Shown here in pieces: positions 51,071 through 61,500 of a stretch of DNA of 64,000 bases. The position numbers and the translations under genes are program-made. This DNA comes from a virus (Duplodnaviria; Caudoviricetes). The notes under the pieces are model-generated. The model was given only the letters and a program-made list of their open reading frames with translations. It ran no database searches and was not told where the DNA came from. How positions within the stretch are numbered: position 1 is the stretch's first letter; every line of letters starts with the position of its first letter. Where the stretch lies: positions 1 through 64,000 of the IMG/VR virus record IMGVR_UViG_3300035696_002928; one strand, written 5' to 3'.

Positions 51071-53845
51071 TTACGCCAGAGCGCCCTCAAACTCCAACGA
51101 CGCCGCAAACATCGCGCCTTGACCGTCCTGCGTCACGGCTTCGGTCGGATTAGTGATGACCCCCTTCCACAGGCGGTTCTCCCAATCCACGAAGCCGATC
51201 TCCAGGCCCAGGTGGCTGGACATGAAGTTGAGCAGGTCGGCGGCCTGCGTCTCCGACAGGCCCGTGAAGGACAAGACTTGCACCTGGGTCTTCGGCCAGA
51301 TGGGGTCCGCGTAGACCACCAGGGTTCCGCCGCGAGTCTCGCGGCTGATGCGGTTGAACGCCAAACGGTCCTTGTTGCCCAACTCGGGCGACCGCAGCGT
51401 CAAGGTGTCCGATGGCGACACCGCCGGATACAGGAACGTCGTCGGCGGGTAATCGGCGTCCGGGGCGTACACCAGCGTCCCCGGCGGGGGCGTCGGCAAG
51501 TCCGGCAGCGATTGCCCGATGCGCGGCTTGTAAAGGAACTCGATGTCGTTGGTCGGCGACTCGTAGACAAAGACTTGCCCGAGCGTCAAGCCGGACTCGG
51601 CCGACAGGACGCGCACCACCGTGACCGTGGCCTTGTGCCCAAGCGTCACTTGGTCGCTGGCCGGCTTGGACGACACGACCGTTGCCAGGTCGCCAAGCTG
51701 AAGAGCGCTGAACGTCGCCGATTCGCGGATCGAATAGGCCGCCTGCCCGAGGCTCAAAGCGCTGGTCGCGCCGACCGCGATGGCCGCCGCGTGCGTCACG
51801 CCGCCCAGGGCCGAATAGCCGAAGGACAAGTGGCTCGTCGCAGTGAGCACGCCGCGCTTGTCCACCGTCGTGGCGGCGTCGGACAGCCCGGCGAGGACCA
51901 CCAGCGAGTTCACAAGCGTGTCGGGATCGAACACGAAGCCCATCGTCTGGATCGTGTCCGTTGCGTCCACGCGGATCGGCCGGTTGAGCCGGTTCGTGTC
52001 CGCCATCGCCAGGTGGCTGACGGCCCCGCAATGCTGCGAGCCGGCGCGTACAATCGTCTGGTCCAGAACCACCTGATCCACGGCGGACAGGCGGGGCTTC
52101 GTCGGGTGGACGCTGGCCGCATCAATCAGTTGCAGTGCGCTGGCGGCTGCCAGGTGCGTTGCGCGGTTCTTGACATCGGCGCTGGACACCACAGCCAAGG
52201 GATCAGTCGCCGCAACATGGTGGACCGTGTTATAGCCGGTCGCCGTCTGGGCGACGGCCAACACGCTCGTGGCCTGCGGCACGCTGCGCTTGTGGACCGT
52301 GTTGCTCTGCGACAGCGGCAGGTTGCTGGTGCCGCGCTTGCTGAGGCTGCAAATCGAGTTCTGCCCGAAGGTCAGGGCGCTCGTCGCCCCGCGGAACTGC
52401 ACGCGCGTCCGCACGGAGGAGCCCGCCAGCGCCAAGGCGCTGGTCGCATCCCGCAGGGACGTGTGCCGCGCGCCCGTCGCGTAGTTGAACACCAGGGCGG
52501 ACGCCGCCCCACCGGTCAAATGCTGGCCGAGGTACGGGATCGTCGAGAACACAACATTGCTGCTGGCCGCGCGACCGTGTACGGTCGCGGTCGCTGCCGC
52601 GTGGCCCATCGCCAGGTGGCTTGTGGCGTCTGCCAGCACGGCGGGGATGCGCTCGGTCATCAGCGACAATTCGCCGAAGGAGCAATAGCCGCCGTCGCCA
52701 TTGTTGGACGTGACCGTCAGCCGGTAGTAGGCATACGCGCCCGTGACCGCCAGCGGGTAGTGCCGGCGCTCGCCGGGGTGCCAGTTCGTCTCGGTCGTGA
52801 TCGCATTCGAGAGCGTGGTCCAGGCGATGCCGTCCGTCGAGCCCTGGAGGCTGAACGCCTGCGGCATCTCAGCGCCGCGGTCCTCGAACGGGGCCCAGAG
52901 CGCGAAGGACTTGATCTCAACCGGCGCGGTGAATTGGTACTGCCACCAGACCGGGAACGAAGCCGCCGACTGCGAGGCCACGCTGCTGCTGTGGTAATCG
53001 CCGTCGAACGCCTTGTAGGCGTTCGCCAAGGAGTCGGACGAACTCGCGGTGCCAGCCGGCGTCGTGTTACTTGTCAACCGCGGGATCGCCGTGGACGGCC
53101 CGTACAGGAGCAACTCGCCAATCGACACGGCATCCACGCTGCCGTTGTTCGACGTAACCGTCAGCTTGTAGTGCGTGTACCAGTCGGGCGTGTCCACCAG
53201 GACCACGCGCTTCTGGCCCACCTGCCAGTTGGTCGCGTTGTTGACGGCCGACACCTGCGTCCAGTTGGTCCCGTCCGGCGAGCCCCACAGCTTGAAGCTG
53301 CGGGGCATCTCGTCCGTGGCCCCATCCGACCGTGCCCACAGGGCATAGGCCGTGACTTTCTGCGGCGAAGGAAACTGGAACTGCCACCAGGCCGGGTAGC
53401 CCGCCGACAGGACGCTCGAACTGAGCGCACCGTTCAAGCCGTCGAAGGCCAGGTACGCCGGGTAGGTCCCGGAGCCGTAGAGGGCCGTCGAACTCGCGGT
53501 GCCCAGCGGGGCCGTGTCGCTCGTCATCAGCGGCGTCAGCGGCAGGTCGCTGCGGACCAGGGTGACGGTCGCCGTCTGGCCCATCGCCAGGGCACTGGTG
53601 GCCGGACGCGCGGACCCGGAAAGGTCCGCCGAGGCCGACTGGCCCAGCGACAGCGCGCTCGCCGCCCCGCACCCGGGCAAGCCGGCCGTGTCCAGCATCA
53701 TCGCGCCGAGGCGTGCGCCGGCCGTGCCCAGGATGGAGGCTGAACCCTTCGGGGGCGCGCTCCCGCTGCTGCCGCCGCCCCCGCCACCGCCCCCGGTGAC
53801 GAGCGCGCCAATCGGCAAACCCGAGATTGGTGAGCGTCCGAGCAT
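51071..53845 (-). CDS. Tail fibre/structural protein with two F5/8 type C (discoidin-like) domains and a repetitive stalk
   Basis: AYLAFDG...WWQFQF...FKLWGSPDGTNW and AYKAFDG...WWQYQF...FSLQGSTDGIAW; AxSxLxLxQ repeats. Confidence 0.75.
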   Translation of the reverse strand: MLGRSPISGLPIGALVTGGGGGGGGSSGSAPPKGSASILGTAGARLGAMMLDTAGLPGCGAASALSLGQSASADLSGSARPATSALAMGQTATVTLVRSDLPLTPLMTSDTAPLGTASSTALYGSGTYPAYLAFDGLNGALSSSVLSAGYPAWWQFQFPSPQKVTAYALWARSDGATDEMPRSFKLWGSPDGTNWTQVSAVNNATNWQVGQKRVVLVDTPDWYTHYKLTVTSNNGSVDAVSIGELLLYGPSTAIPRLTSNTTPAGTASSSDSLANAYKAFDGDYHSSSVASQSAASFPVWWQYQFTAPVEIKSFALWAPFEDRGAEMPQAFSLQGSTDGIAWTTLSNAITTETNWHPGERRHYPLAVTGAYAYYRLTVTSNNGDGGYCSFGELSLMTERIPAVLADATSHLAMGHAAATATVHGRAASSNVVFSTIPYLGQHLTGGAASALVFNYATGARHTSLRDATSALALAGSSVRTRVQFRGATSALTFGQNSICSLSKRGTSNLPLSQSNTVHKRSVPQATSVLAVAQTATGYNTVHHVAATDPLAVVSSADVKNRATHLAAASALQLIDAASVHPTKPRLSAVDQVVLDQTIVRAGSQHCGAVSHLAMADTNRLNRPIRVDATDTIQTMGFVFDPDTLVNSLVVLAGLSDAATTVDKRGVLTATSHLSFGYSALGGVTHAAAIAVGATSALSLGQAAYSIRESATFSALQLGDLATVVSSKPASDQVTLGHKATVTVVRVLSAESGLTLGQVFVYESPTNDIEFLYKPRIGQSLPDLPTPPPGTLVYAPDADYPPTTFLYPAVSPSDTLTLRSPELGNKDRLAFNRISRETRGGTLVVYADPIWPKTQVQVLSFTGLSETQAADLLNFMSSHLGLEIGFVDWENRLWKGVITNPTEAVTQDGQGAMFAASLEFEGALA

Positions 53846-53847
53846 GG

Positions 53848-55104
53848 TTAGTACGCCTGGTTGTATTGCAGGATCGTTCCTGTGCCGCTGTCCGAAATCG
53901 TCTGGCTGCCCAGGTCACAAAGGGCCACGGTGCAGTTGTTGCAACCGCTGTCGATGGTGACGGAATGGGAGCCGTTGGTCTGGAACCGGCAGCCGATGAC
54001 GCTGATCGCCGAGGCGGTCTTGCCGCCGTTGTTGGAGATCACGATGCCTGGGCCGCCGTTGGCGACGAACACGCAGCCCGAGATGTTCACGCCGGCCATC
54101 GAGCCCAGGTTGTTCTGGAACTTGATGCCGGGCAGGCTGCTCCCGGTCGCCTGGATGATGCAGTTGGTGATGCGGGCCAGGTCGCCCTCGTCGATGCCGA
54201 TGCCGCCCACGCCGCCGCTCTGGCAGTTCGCGTTCACGTTGCAGTTGTCGATCAGGCAACGGTACGATTGGTTGTCAATCGTGATCCCCTCGTAGCCGTT
54301 ATGGTACGTGTAGCAGTCGGAGATTATCGAGTCCGTGACGTGGTTCTGCGAAATGCCGATCTGGCCGTTGTCGTGGGAATAGCAGGCGTGAATTCGGTTG
54401 TACGCGCACGTCGTCGATTGCCCGTCCAGGCAGATGCCGTGCCCCGTCGAATGGTGGTGGCTCTCCACGCCGTCCACGTAGTTGTTCGCGCCCTTGATGA
54501 CCAGGCCGCTGCCGCCGCTCTGGCTGTTGCCGTCGATGGTGATGCCGCGAATCTCGTTGTCGTTGCCCGTGACCGTGAGGGCGTCCACGCCGGCCGTCTT
54601 CTTGAGGATCACGCCCTTGGGGCCGGACAGCGATTGGCCGTTGTTGCCGGCCGTGAGCCCCGTGCTGATGGCGTAGGTGGCGGCCGGAAAGTAGACCGGC
54701 AGCCCGCTGTCGATGGCCGCCTGGATCGCGGCGTGATCGTCCGCTGATCCGTTGCCCACGGCCCCGTAGAGCAGGACATTGGCGACCGCGAGGGCCGCCT
54801 GCGTGAGCAGCTTTGCCGGCGCGTCCACCCAGACGTTCTTCGTGCCTGCCCCGAAGCTGACCGCGCTGCCGCTGTTGCTGCTGGCGAGGATCAGGTCGCG
54901 GCTCAACGTGGTGCCCGAGCCCGTGTACGTCCCGCGGCCGACTTCCCAGTTGCCTGCGCCGTCGTCGATGCAGTAGAAGCACTCGTTCCGGTCGCCCACG
55001 ACAGAGAACGCGCGAAAGCCCGAGACGGCCCCGCCCAGCGTCAGGGTGCCGGTGCCGGTCGTGGCCGTCGTTTCCTGGATGCGGTCTGCAACTACCAGTG
55101 TCAT
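53848..55104 (-). CDS. Tailspike-like protein with right-handed beta-helix (pectate lyase-like) domain
   Basis: Phage anchor ADRIQETTATTGTGTLTL; YGAVGNGSADDHAAIQAAI; Asn/Cys-ladder repeats. Confidence 0.8.
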   Translation of the reverse strand: MTLVVADRIQETTATTGTGTLTLGGAVSGFRAFSVVGDRNECFYCIDDGAGNWEVGRGTYTGSGTTLSRDLILASSNSGSAVSFGAGTKNVWVDAPAKLLTQAALAVANVLLYGAVGNGSADDHAAIQAAIDSGLPVYFPAATYAISTGLTAGNNGQSLSGPKGVILKKTAGVDALTVTGNDNEIRGITIDGNSQSGGSGLVIKGANNYVDGVESHHHSTGHGICLDGQSTTCAYNRIHACYSHDNGQIGISQNHVTDSIISDCYTYHNGYEGITIDNQSYRCLIDNCNVNANCQSGGVGGIGIDEGDLARITNCIIQATGSSLPGIKFQNNLGSMAGVNISGCVFVANGGPGIVISNNGGKTASAISVIGCRFQTNGSHSVTIDSGCNNCTVALCDLGSQTISDSGTGTILQYNQAY

Positions 55105-55115
55105 GTCGCTCTCCC

Positions 55116-56033
55116 TTAGCTGCCCAAGATGCCCGCCCCATCGTCCCACGCCGCCAAGGTCGCCCAACCGCCGACCGCCGGATTGATCGCCCCGAAGAAG
55201 ATGCGGTCAATCGTGCCCAGGTAAGCGGACTCGCCATAGCTGCCGATGTTGAGCCAGAACTTGCCGTTGTCCGAAATGTCGAAGTACCAGTTGCCATTGT
55301 TCGGCCGGCGGATGCGAAACCACATCCACTCCAGGACGGGGCAATCATAGGTCGTAATCACGTCGGGGAACACGTAGCTGGCAAGGTTATCCCACTTGTT
55401 GACGTTGGCCTGCTTCTTGTGCGACCAATAGTTCTGGCACACGATCTTGCCCGCCGTGTCCATGACGCCAATCGACGCGCCGGACCACCAGCCGTTGAAC
55501 GACGAGGGACCATGCGACACGCCCCGCACGGCCGCCGTAAGCTGCCAGGTCGGGCTCGTCGGCACCGGGCGGGTCAAGGCGGCGTTCGTCAGGGTGTTCG
55601 TCGCCAGGACGATGCTGCCGCCGCTGTCCGACTTCGTGGCCCCGCCGCTGCCCCAATCCTGCAAGGTGAAGTCCGCGGCCGTCAGGATGTCCTCGCTGGC
55701 GTCGGTGATGCGGAACGCCGGCCGCCCGCCGTCGAACAAAGGGTCATTGTCCTGGCAATAGCGTTGCAGGTCGCCTTGCGTCAGGAGTTGGTAAGCCCGC
55801 GTCCCGTCCCCATGCGACACGTTCGTCGTGCCCTCTTGCGCCCGCGCCACCGTCAACGTGTTCGTCGAGCGGGCCGTGCAAAGCACCAACTCGCTCTCGA
55901 TCAGGAGGTGGAAGTCGCCGCCGCTCGGGAACACCGAGCCGTCCGCAACCGTAATCGACGTGGCCGTGTCCGTGATCGCCCCGTTGAGGGTCGTCTGGGC
56001 GTTGTTCACAAACTCTTCGCGGCGTTGTGTCAT
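55116..56033 (-). CDS. Receptor-binding-like protein paralog 1 (lectin-like C-terminus)
   Basis: MTQRRE.F.N...LNG; WMWFRI...GNWYF.ISDNGK. Confidence 0.65.
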   Translation of the reverse strand: MTQRREEFVNNAQTTLNGAITDTATSITVADGSVFPSGGDFHLLIESELVLCTARSTNTLTVARAQEGTTNVSHGDGTRAYQLLTQGDLQRYCQDNDPLFDGGRPAFRITDASEDILTAADFTLQDWGSGGATKSDSGGSIVLATNTLTNAALTRPVPTSPTWQLTAAVRGVSHGPSSFNGWWSGASIGVMDTAGKIVCQNYWSHKKQANVNKWDNLASYVFPDVITTYDCPVLEWMWFRIRRPNNGNWYFDISDNGKFWLNIGSYGESAYLGTIDRIFFGAINPAVGGWATLAAWDDGAGILGS

Positions 56034-56044
56034 GTCTCGTCTCC

Positions 56045-56938
56045 CTAGCTGCCGAGGATGCCGCCCCCGTCGTCCCACGCCGCCAGCGTGCAATAGCAGC
56101 CGGCCGCCGGGTTAAAGGTCCCGAAGCAAATGCGGTTCGGCGTGCCCAAGTAGGCCGTCTTCCCGTAGCTGCCGACTTCGATCCACTGCTTGCCGTTGTC
56201 CGAAATCTGGAAGTGCCAGTTGCCGTCGTTCGGGTCCACGATGCGCAGCCACATCCATTCGGTCGCAAAGACATTGAAAGGCCCCACGATGTCGGGCGGG
56301 GTGTAGCTGCCGTTGTTCCACTTGTTGATGTGGATGGCCTGCTCATGCGCGCGGTAGTTGATGAACACCCCGAGACCGGCCGAGTCCAGAATGCCAATCG
56401 AAGCCGTGGCCCAGATCGCCACGGCGCTCGTGGACAAGCCGCGCACGGCGGCGGTCAGCGTCCACGTCGAGCCGCCGGGGTAGGGGCGCGTGATGAAACC
56501 GCCGACCGACGCGGTAACGACGATGCTCGTGCCCATATTCGTGGCCGCCAGGTCCGTGCCGCCCCAGTTGAGGATCGTGAAATCGGACGCCTGGAGGCGA
56601 TTCTGGCTGGCGTCCGTGATGCGGAACGCCGGCCGGTCGGTGTCGAACAACGGGTCATTGTCGCGGAGGTAGCTTTGCAACCCGCCCTGCGAGACGACGT
56701 GGTTGACCAACGCGCCGTCCGCGTGCGACACGTTCGTCGTGCCCTCTTGTGCCCGCACCACCGTCAGCGTGTTGGTCGAGCGGGCTGTGCAGAGCATCAA
56801 TTCGTCGTCGATCAGGATGCGGAAGTCGCCGCCGGCCGGGAGCGCGGAACCGTCCGCGACCACGACCGACGTGACCAGACTTGAGATCGCCCCGTTGAGG
56901 GGCGTTTGGCCGTCGTTCTTGAACTGCTCGCGCCGCAT
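56045..56938 (-). CDS. Receptor-binding-like protein paralog 2
   Basis: Colinear with paralogs 1 and 3; ends LAAWDDGGGILGS. Confidence 0.65.
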   Translation of the reverse strand: MRREQFKNDGQTPLNGAISSLVTSVVVADGSALPAGGDFRILIDDELMLCTARSTNTLTVVRAQEGTTNVSHADGALVNHVVSQGGLQSYLRDNDPLFDTDRPAFRITDASQNRLQASDFTILNWGGTDLAATNMGTSIVVTASVGGFITRPYPGGSTWTLTAAVRGLSTSAVAIWATASIGILDSAGLGVFINYRAHEQAIHINKWNNGSYTPPDIVGPFNVFATEWMWLRIVDPNDGNWHFQISDNGKQWIEVGSYGKTAYLGTPNRICFGTFNPAAGCYCTLAAWDDGGGILGS

Positions 56939-56948
56939 GTGTCACCTC

Positions 56949-57854
56949 CTACGCGCCCAGGATTCCGGCCCCATCGTCCCACGCCGCCAGGGTTGACCAA
57001 CAGCCCGCGTTCTGCGCGTCGATCATCCCGAAGAAAATCCGGTCAACGGTCCCCAGGTAAGAAGTCTTACCGTAGGTGCCCAGTTCCAGGAAACGCTTGC
57101 CGTCGTCCGAGAACTGGAAATGCCAGTTGCCGTCATTCGGGTCCGTGAGCCGCAGCCACATCCATTCCGCGCAGGCCGCCGGCACCTGGGAAATAATGTC
57201 GGGCGACACGTACCCCGAGTTGCCGTCGTTCTTGCACACATGGAGCATCTTGCGGTTTGCCAGCCACCGGTAATTCACCGTCTTGTTGCCGGTGTCCATG
57301 ACCCCGATGCACGCGCCGCCCCAGTACGCCGTGTTGGTCGTTGTCACGCCGCGCACCGCCGCCGTGAGTTTCCACGTCGGGCCGGCGGGGACGGGGCGCG
57401 TCATAAACGCCGTCGCGTTGCCGGGCGAAATGATGATGCTCTTCCCGTGCATCGCCGCGGAAGCCCCGCTCCCGTAGTCGTGCATCGTGAAGTCGGTCGC
57501 CGCCAGCCGGTTCTCGTTGGCGTCGATGATGCGGAACGCCGGCCGGTCGCTGTCCACCAGGGGGTCGTTGTCACGGAGGTAGCGCTGCAAGCCGCCCTGC
57601 GTCAGGACTTGGTAGACCGTCGCCCCGCTCGAATGCCCGGCCGCCGTCGTCCCTTCCAGGCCCCGCGCGACCGAGAGCGTGTTGCCGGAGACGCCGGTGC
57701 AGAGCATCAGTTCGTCGTCCACCAGGACGCGGAAGAAGCCGACGACCGGGAACGCGCTGCCGTCCACGACCGTGATGGTCGAGTCGCCCGACAGCACCGT
57801 CCCATTGAGGTTCGACTGGCTATCGTTCTTGAATAGCTCTCGGCGTTGGGTCAT
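56949..57854 (-). CDS. Receptor-binding-like protein paralog 3
   Basis: Colinear with paralogs 1 and 2; ends LAAWDDGAGILGA. Confidence 0.65.
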   Translation of the reverse strand: MTQRRELFKNDSQSNLNGTVLSGDSTITVVDGSAFPVVGFFRVLVDDELMLCTGVSGNTLSVARGLEGTTAAGHSSGATVYQVLTQGGLQRYLRDNDPLVDSDRPAFRIIDANENRLAATDFTMHDYGSGASAAMHGKSIIISPGNATAFMTRPVPAGPTWKLTAAVRGVTTTNTAYWGGACIGVMDTGNKTVNYRWLANRKMLHVCKNDGNSGYVSPDIISQVPAACAEWMWLRLTDPNDGNWHFQFSDDGKRFLELGTYGKTSYLGTVDRIFFGMIDAQNAGCWSTLAAWDDGAGILGA

Positions 57855-57930
57855 GGTCCGGCTCCGAAAGAGGAAATGGGGTCAGCGGCCGGGCTGTGCC
57901 CGGCCGCCGACCCACGCGAGGGAGAGATCG

Positions 57931-58554
57931 TTACGCGGTGACGGTGTACGTGACCTTCAACTGGTCGCCGTTCAGCACCGCCACGTCGCCGGCCGTGAAG
58001 GCGGCGGCGGCCCAGAGCACGCCGTCGGCGGCCGTGGTGTCGCCCTTGGTCTGCGACCCGGGGCTCGCCGTCCCGCCGACGATGAAGAGGCCCTTCACCG
58101 TGTTGCCGCTGGTAATGTCGAACACCGCCGCTGCGGCGTTGGTCGTGGACGCGACATGGCTGGTGACGCCCGCCGCCCCGGCTCCCCATGACGGCCGCGT
58201 GCTGGAACTGCCGCCGTTGAGGTTGTCGGTGTAGTCCTGGAACTCACGCCAGCCGTTGGTGCCCGCCAACTGGGCGTAGGCATCGCCCTGGCCGTAGGAC
58301 GTAAAGCTGCTGGCGCTGACGAGGCCCATCCACCAGGCCGTCAGCTTCGTGCCGTTGTGGAACATCACTTCCAGCAGCTTCGTGCGGCCCTCGTCGGTGA
58401 TGTAGTTCGACACGTCGAACTCGTTGATCTTCACGCCGCCGCGCCAGTGCTCGACGTGGAACCGCCCCTTCGGGGCCAGCTTGTCGGCAACGCCCTTGCC
58501 CGGACGCACCAGTTCGACGCCGGCCGCCTGGCCCATGTGCAATTCGCTCTTCAT
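57931..58554 (-). CDS. Virion structural protein (tail)
   Basis: NYITDEG...; C-terminal VLNGDQLKVTYTV is typical of phage tail proteins. Confidence 0.65.
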   Translation of the reverse strand: MKSELHMGQAAGVELVRPGKGVADKLAPKGRFHVEHWRGGVKINEFDVSNYITDEGRTKLLEVMFHNGTKLTAWWMGLVSASSFTSYGQGDAYAQLAGTNGWREFQDYTDNLNGGSSSTRPSWGAGAAGVTSHVASTTNAAAAVFDITSGNTVKGLFIVGGTASPGSQTKGDTTAADGVLWAAAAFTAGDVAVLNGDQLKVTYTVTA

Positions 58555-58571
58555 CGTTGATTCTCCGAAAG

Positions 58572-61500
58572 TTAGAGGACTGACGTGCCACGCCGCAACT
58601 CACGTCGCAGTTCCGTGGCAATGGATCGAGCCGTTTGGCGGCCCGTTCCGCCGCCTTCGACGGTTACGTTGATGTCGCCGACGTTGGTGACATGCCCACC
58701 CTGGCTGTGGTAGGACGGTTTGCCACCGGCGTTCATCGCCGTAAGCTGCGAAGCGAAACGACGAGTCGTTGCCGCGCTCATCACCATTTCGCCGGGCGAA
58801 AGCATGGCGGGGATCACGTCCGTGCCCCGCGGCCGTCCGCCGCCCGCCAGAAAGGCCATGCCGCCGTGCGCGGCGGTCATTTCCCCACCACCCCCGCCGG
58901 GCGATGGCACGTTACCGGCTGCGGCAGCCAACTCCCGCATGGCCGTGGTCGCTTGCTCGATCTGGCCGATGAAGCCCGCCAGCGACAAGCCATCAATGGC
59001 CGATTGGATCATGGAGAACTTGTTGGTCGTTTCCTGGACCTTCTTGCCGGTCTCCGGGATCGCCTCGTTCAGGTGTTCCATTCCTTGGGCGGCACCCTTG
59101 ATCTGTTGATCGAGGTTAGGGAACTTCGACTGGATACCCCGCAACCGCTCGGCATAGTCGAACATCTCCCGCAGGCTTTTCAGGTTGGCTTCCGTGGAAC
59201 TCATGTTGAGATCAAGCGACCAGGGCATGTTTGCCTTGAGGTTCTTGATCTTGTCCGTCAGGTCTGTCAGCGCTTTCGGATCAATCTGGAGAGGGTGCGA
59301 CCGCATCTGCAAGATCGTCTCATTGATCTCGCGGAACATCGTGACCGCAGCGTTCAGTTCGGCCTTACCGCTCCCGCCGAAGACGCCCGTGACCATGTTT
59401 GCGCCGACCTTCAGCGCCTGCACCGTGCCGACCGTCTCGTCCTTCTGCACGGCCATGTTGCCGGTGATCTGCCCTTGCAACGCCTCAATCCGTTGCAAGG
59501 CATCAGCCCGCTCCAACTCGGCGTCCTTGACGGCCTTAGCCGATGTCGCCTGCTCCCGCGGATAGTCCCCGGCAATCTTGAACTGCTCCTCCATCGTCTT
59601 GCCGGCCAGCTTCGACTTGTCGCCGCCGACGAACACATCGAGATTGATTCGTCCAAGTCCCGTCGTGATGCGCTGATTCAGCTTGCTGAGCGACTGATCG
59701 GCGATGAACAGGTCGCGGACTTCGGCCTTTGTCACGGTGCCTTCCATCGTCTCGCGCATCTTGCGCTTCATGCCGTCGAAATTGAGCCAGTCGGAGACCT
59801 CCCACTTCTTGCTGGCCATCATCAGGTTTTGGAATTCCTGAAGACCCGCCTTCGTCTTGGTGACAGCTTTCTCACGATCCTCGCCTGCAAGGGGGTGATT
59901 CTTCTTGTCGAACAGGTCCATGTCCTTGGAGATTGCCTTGGCCAACTCCCGCATCCGCGTGACGCGCTGTTCCTCGTCGGCCGCGGCCTGGGCAGCTTGC
60001 TTGGCCTGCACTTGCTTGCTGGCCCGCAACTGCTCATTGGCCGTCAATTCGCTCCGCAGAACGCCCTCGATCGCCGCCTCCGCGTCTTGCTGGCCGAGGG
60101 TGTCCTTCCGCCGCTGGGCAATCGACATCGACTCTTGGGCGAATGCCTGCGCCCGTTTGTAGATGCTTTGCGCCGCCTCGATGTCCTGCGGCGTCTTGGC
60201 CGTGGACATCAGTTCTTCGGCCTGGCGAGCCAAGCTGAGGGCGCGGCCGGCAAAGTCTTTCTGCTGTTCCCAGCCGCTCTTCCACTGGCTCTCGTACCAA
60301 CGGAACTGGGTGTCCGCCAGACTGCCGGCGATTGCGGTACTCCGCTTCATCGAATCGGAGATGGCGCGGTCGGCTTCACTGGCCAGGTTGCGCAGGATGT
60401 GGACCTCCTTGTCGGCCTCTTCGGTGATCTTGAGCATCGTGGCATGGGAATCGGCGATCAGACGCTTGTTGTCCGTCTGCGTGGCGTCCACCATGTCGAA
60501 GTAGTCTTTGCGCCGCTCGGCCAAGGTTTGCTCGGCCTTGTGGACGATCTCCTGGTTAGCGCGGTCCTCTTCGTCAATCCGTCGTTGAGACGCCGCGCGA
60601 ACCATGTCCAGGCGGTCCATTTCCGCCCGATGGAACTCGTCCTCCGCCTGCCGAATGCTCTGGATGATCCGGCTGTTGGTGAAGTCGAAGGCCGCATACG
60701 CCGTGAGTCCTACGAGTAGACCGTTCACGGCAAGGCCCAAGGGACCGAGCCCCAGGGCCGCCAGCCGCGCGTTGAGGGCCATTGTGCCCAGCACTGCGGC
60801 AAACGAGCCGAAGACCGCCACGCCTGTCAGCACGACGGGGACCAGTGCTTTGATGGCCGCACCGACCGCATCCGCGCCGCCGGCAAACGACAGGAATTGG
60901 TTCACCACCTTGACGATTGCCGCACCCAGGTCGGTGGTGAGGAAGGTTTTCAGCTTGTTCATCTCAGTGAGCGTCTTCTGCGCATCGCTCTCGATGAACA
61001 ACCGGTACTTCTCGTTGAAAGCGGCGACCGACACCTCATGGAGGTGCGCCAAGGCTTCCGCCGTCCGCCGGCCATTGTCATCCGTCTCCCGCAACGCCCC
61101 GCTGATGGCACGGACGTTGGGAATCAACTTGGCGAAAGCCGACATATTCTCGTCCGTGCTCTCGCGCAGCTTGAGCAAGGCCCCTTCGAGGCCCAAGGCC
61201 GCGATCATTTGCGGGCCGGACTCGAAGCCCAATTGGCGCAGTTCTTTCTGCAAGTCCTGCGACGGCTTGATAAGGGCCATCATCGCGGACCGCAACGCCG
61301 TGGCAGCCTCGGCCGGCTTGACGCCGGAAATGGTCAGCGTGACCATCATGGCGTTAAGCTCGTCGAGCGACACGCCCAGCTCCGACGACACAGCCGTTAC
61401 GCGGCCGAGCACGGAGGCCAGTTCCTCCCCACGCACGCGGCCGATCTGGATGGTGGCAAAGAACTTCGCCGCCACCTCCTCGGCCTGGCTGGAGGCCATG

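Noticed and set aside
55116-57854. Diversity-generating retroelement or shufflon acting on the three paralogs
   Set aside because: No reverse transcriptase (YxDD) or site-specific invertase in the window; differences are not adenine-restricted; all copies share the same orientation and are intact.
59671-59681. Sixth copy of the promoter motif (CGCTGATTCAG) inside the tape measure gene
   Set aside because: Opposite orientation, lacks the TA ending and the CTCTAGC box 11 nt upstream; probably chance.
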